Assembly: GCF_001194135.2 (NCBI RefSeq)
Contig: NC_068999.1
Span: 25,029,825 to 25,080,838 of the forward strand
DNA from: Octopus bimaculoides
Taxonomy: Eukaryota
DNA length: 51,014 nt
Reading direction: 5' to 3'
Below the pieces are notes generated by a model, which was not told the origin of the DNA, searched no databases, and worked only from the letters and a program-made list of their open reading frames with translations. Positions 47,470-51,014 of this stretch are shown here, piece after piece; within the stretch, counting starts at the first letter, position 1; every line of letters begins with the position of its first letter. The position numbers and the translations under genes were made by a program.

Positions 47470-48776
47470 ACTATTTATCATCCAAAGAGACACATCTGCA
47501 CCGTCGGATGGTCCTGAACCAGTTGTTAAGCATCCCACCTGTGGCATTACTTCTCTCCAAAGTAAGGCAACAAAAAAAAATTTGCAGTTGCTGTACCATT
47601 GTCTGGCTTTGCTGCCACCATTCTCACAGGAGGACGAACAGCTCATTCTACTTTTAAATTACCACTAAACCTGGTCACAAGTGACAGTCGAATTTGTAAC
47701 ATAAGCAAAGATTCAGGTTCAGCAAAAGTGTTGTGCCAATGCCATCTTATCATTTGTGATGAATGCACCATGTCACATAGAGGTGCAATGGAAGCTCTTG
47801 GTAACACCTTACAGGACATCAGAGGCAACAATAAATTTTTGGGAGGAGTTACATTACTTTTATCAGGAGACTTCAGACAGACATTGCCAGTCATTCTGAG
47901 ACGAACAAGATCTGATGAAATAAAAGCATGCATTAAGTCTTCACACTTATAGAATACAATACTAAAATTCTCCTTCAATACTAACGTGTCAGCTTCATTA
48001 CATGGGGACCAATGTGAAAAACAGTTTTCAACCTGCCTCCTCCGATTAGGAAATGGGAAAGTACCACTTGATGGGAATGGTGATATCAGTTTGGCTCATA
48101 TTGCTATCATGATGAATTCCCCAGCTGAATTGAAGTACAGAGTATTGCCAGATGTAAGTAATAATTATAATTCACATAAATGGTTGTGTGAAAGGGCAAT
48201 TCTTAATCCCAAAAATGAGACAGTAGCAAGAATTAGCCATCTAATTAATGAATAAGATTCCAACAGTCATTAAGAAGTTCAAATCAGTTGATTCAGTCCT
48301 TGATGAAAATCAAGCTGTCCATTACCCAACAGAGTTCTTTAATTCTCTTGAGCCACCTGGAATTCCTCCACAAACTTTTTCTGAAAGTAGGAGTCCCAAT
48401 AATGCTTCTAAGAAATTTAGATCCTCCTAAATTATGCAATGGGACAAGGTTGATTGTGAAGACATTATCACCTAATGTGACAGAAGCTACCATCATCACT
48501 GGATGTGCCTCTGGAGAAGAGGTTTTCGTTCCAAGAATTCCAATCAATCCAACAAATATGCCCTTTGAGTTCCAACAAACACAATTCCCAGTGCGACTTT
48601 CCTTTGCAATGTCTATTAATGCAGCTGGAGGTCAGTCTTCGAAATCTACTGACTTGATTCTCTCATGGTCAACTTTGTTGGTTGCTCCAGGGTAGGTAGC
48701 TTGCAAGATTAGGTAGTTTGTCTATGCACCAAACTAGAAAACAAAGAATGTTGTTTACCCAGAAGCTCTTACATAA
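47470..48776 (+). pseudogene. Helitron Pif1-family helicase remnant (frameshifted)
   Basis: [91 protein letters not shown] and a KTKNVVYPEAL* end typical of animal Helitrons. Confidence 0.92.
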
Positions 48777-48964
48777 TTCCCTTCAACATATATATCGTGA
48801 AGTATATTTGCCACCTAAATGTGATTAACCCTTAAGGGCCGATGCTACTGTAGCTTGTGACCCCATGAAGACATCTCCTCCAGCTGGCTATTGGCACACT
48901 ATCTGTGCCCTATCAGTATTTGCAAAGGGAAGTCATCATTCCCATCTCCAGCCGGACGTGATAC

Positions 48965-49025
48965 ACAAGACCCCAGGACTTATTCTATGTAAGCCTAGTA
49001 CTTATTCTATCGGTCTCTTTTGCCC
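48965..49025 (-). mobile_element. SINE family A, 3' fragment
   Basis: GACCCCAGGACTTATTC...TATCGGTCTCTTTTGCC is the reverse complement of 24075-24130. Confidence 0.6.
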
Positions 49026-49299
49026 TGAAATATTCCTGTTGATAGCATAATTCCGTTAGTGACTATGATAATAACTTCCGTTCTTATCGTTAGCTCTCTT
49101 TTGTAAGATGTGGTGACTTTATTATCATGAGTTAAGGTCCTGTGAATTTTCCGAAACTCTTCTCCCCAACCCCACGGAATAACTTTTTCAACAAATCTTT
49201 TCATACACTCAATCTACAGGATAAAAGCGATTATTTGGTGAAAGTTTCGTTAAAAAGTATCCACTTTTCTGGAATTTTCGGTGGGGTATTAAACTGTAG

Positions 49300-49372
49300 T
49301 TATGCCTTTTTCAATAAAAGTTAACGTTAACGGATTAACGAAGTTAACTTTTCAATTAACGGTGCCCACCTC

Positions 49373-49374
<2 letters not shown>
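49300..49374. mobile_element. Terminus of a probable hAT-type element with TTAAC(G) subterminal repeats; second copy ends at 50314
   Basis: Both ends read TGCCCA(C/G)CTCTG preceded by several GTTAAC/ATTAACG units (49319-49374 and 50267-50314). Confidence 0.45.
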
Positions 49375-49407
<33 letters not shown>

Positions 49408-50075
49408 NNNNNNNNNNNNNNNNNNNNNNNNNNNNNNNNNNNNNNNNNNNNNNNNNNNNNNNNNNNNNNNNNNNNNNNNNNNNNNNNNNNNNNNNNNNNN
49501 NNNNNNNNNNNNNNNNNNNNNNNNNNNNNNNNNNNNNNNNNNNNNNNNNNNNNNNNNNNNNNNNNNNNNNNNNNNNNNNNNNNNNNNNNNNNNNNNNNNN
49601 NNNNNNNNNNNNNNNNNNNNNNNNNNNNNNNNNNNNNNNNNNNNNNNNNNNNNNNNNNNNNNNNNNNNNNNNNNNNNNNNNNNNNNNNNNNNNNNNNNNN
49701 NNNNNNNNNNNNNNNNNNNNNNNNNNNNNNNNNNNNNNNNNNNNNNNNNNNNNNNNNNNNNNNNNNNNNNNNNNNNNNNNNNNNNNNNNNNNNNNNNNNN
49801 NNNNNNNNNNNNNNNNNNNNNNNNNNNNNNNNNNNNNNNNNNNNNNNNNNNNNNNNNNNNNNNNNNNNNNNNNNNNNNNNNNNNNNNNNNNNNNNNNNNN
49901 NNNNNNNNNNNNNNNNNNNNNNNNNNNNNNNNNNNNNNNNNNNNNNNNNNNNNNNNNNNNNNNNNNNNNNNNNNNNNNNNNNNNNNNNNNNNNNNNNNNN
50001 NNNNNNNNNNNNNNNNNNNNNNNNNNNNNNNNNNNNNNNNNNNNNNNNNNNNNNNNNNNNNNNNNNNNNNNNNNN

Positions 50076-50114
<39 letters not shown>

Positions 50115-50663
50115 CTATATATATATATCGCTCAGAGATTTATTATTGCTTGTTTCCACTTTTTCGAGATCAGTGACTTTTCTTGACTGGAAAAAGTAGA
50201 TATATTTGCATTGAGAATCACTTCCCATCGGTGGTTGTGTCACGCTGATGACGGGTCAATGCGAAAATGTTAACTTCATTGATTAACGGATTAACGGACT
50301 TATGCCCAGCTCTGTATACACCGACACACACACACACACATATGTATATACATGTGTGTTTGCATATATGGTTGTGCATATGAAGATACTCGCAAACAAA
50401 AGTCAGACAGACAAAGAGACAGACAGACACAGACAGATAGATAGATAGATAGATAGACAGATAGATAGATAGATAGATATTATTTGACCATTCCAATTTA
50501 TCTTGTTTTAATCTTTATATTTAAGTGAATGTTGACGTTTAGATACTTTATTGCAAACTTCCTCTATTTCATAGCCTAGATAATCTTTTCTTGGTTATTA
50601 ATAAACCCTTTCTTCTTTTTTGTGTTATGACCTTATCACTGTCACAATTATTATTATTATTAT

Positions 50664-50942
50664 TCAGTAGTTTTATTTTTATAACGTGCTTTCACTTCAC
50701 TACCGAGCGCAGCTCTGTGCGCCTTGGGTATGTGCTGTGGTTTGCTGTGGTGCTCTTATGTTTACTGTATTGAAAGTGTTTTGCGTAGAATGTGTGCAGT
50801 ACCCAGTAGTGCAATTTTCTGTATGTTATATATATTTGTAAGTCCTGGTGTTTTTGTTATGTATTTGTCTGAATATTTTTTTATTATACCTAAGGCACCT
50901 ACTATGATAGGAATTGTTTCTGTTTTTAGATTCCACATTCGA

Positions 50943-50944
<2 letters not shown>
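50664..50944 (-). mobile_element. 5'-truncated Dong/R4-type LINE 3' end inserted in a (TAA)n microsatellite
   Basis: Stop-free 60 codons 50944-50762: TRMWNLKTETIPIIVGALGIIKKY...IQKIALLGTAHILRKTLSIQ*. (TTA)n flanks at 50647-50663 and 50945-51008. Confidence 0.85.
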
Positions 50945-51010
<66 letters not shown>

Positions 51011-51014
51011 ATGT

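Noticed and set aside
48776-48860. Helitron 3' hairpin plus CTRR, or a piggyBac end at TTAACCCTT
   Set aside because: No GC-rich hairpin followed by CTAG and no partner TIR was found.

Overview
This window is eukaryotic animal DNA, repeat-dense and AT-rich, from a gapped draft scaffold with 11 N-runs. The tRNA-derived SINE families, RTE LINEs with (GAT)n tails, extreme microsatellite load and TTAGGG repeats suggest a coleoid cephalopod, Octopus-like (inference). I recognise no host protein-coding exon, rRNA, intact tRNA or CRISPR array. Almost every long ORF in the track is a transposon remnant, a microsatellite read-through or an N-gap artefact. Retroelements: a near full-length decayed RTE LINE (8566-13312, minus) plus other RTE/BovB pieces, a Tx1/L1-type 5' half joined to a CR1 3' half (16142-20825), an older CR1/L2 remnant, a Penelope-like RT N-terminus, six restriction-like-endonuclease (R4/Dong- and HERO-type) LINE remnants and many SINEs. 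DNA elements: two mariner remnants, a Helitron helicase remnant and several MITEs with readable TIR/TSD signatures (piggyBac-, Tc1-, hAT- and Merlin-type). Best leads: (1) a dispersed repeat carrying hammerhead-ribozyme core motifs in permuted order; (2) Merlin-signature MITEs, including ones carrying telomeric repeats and an 86-bp perfect one; (3) an HDV-like ribozyme remnant at the 5' end and a PHD-type finger inside the RTE; (4) an NRF1/ETS/YY1-type promoter cluster at about 46.1 kb with no identified gene. Boundaries of decayed repeats were read by eye and are approximate.
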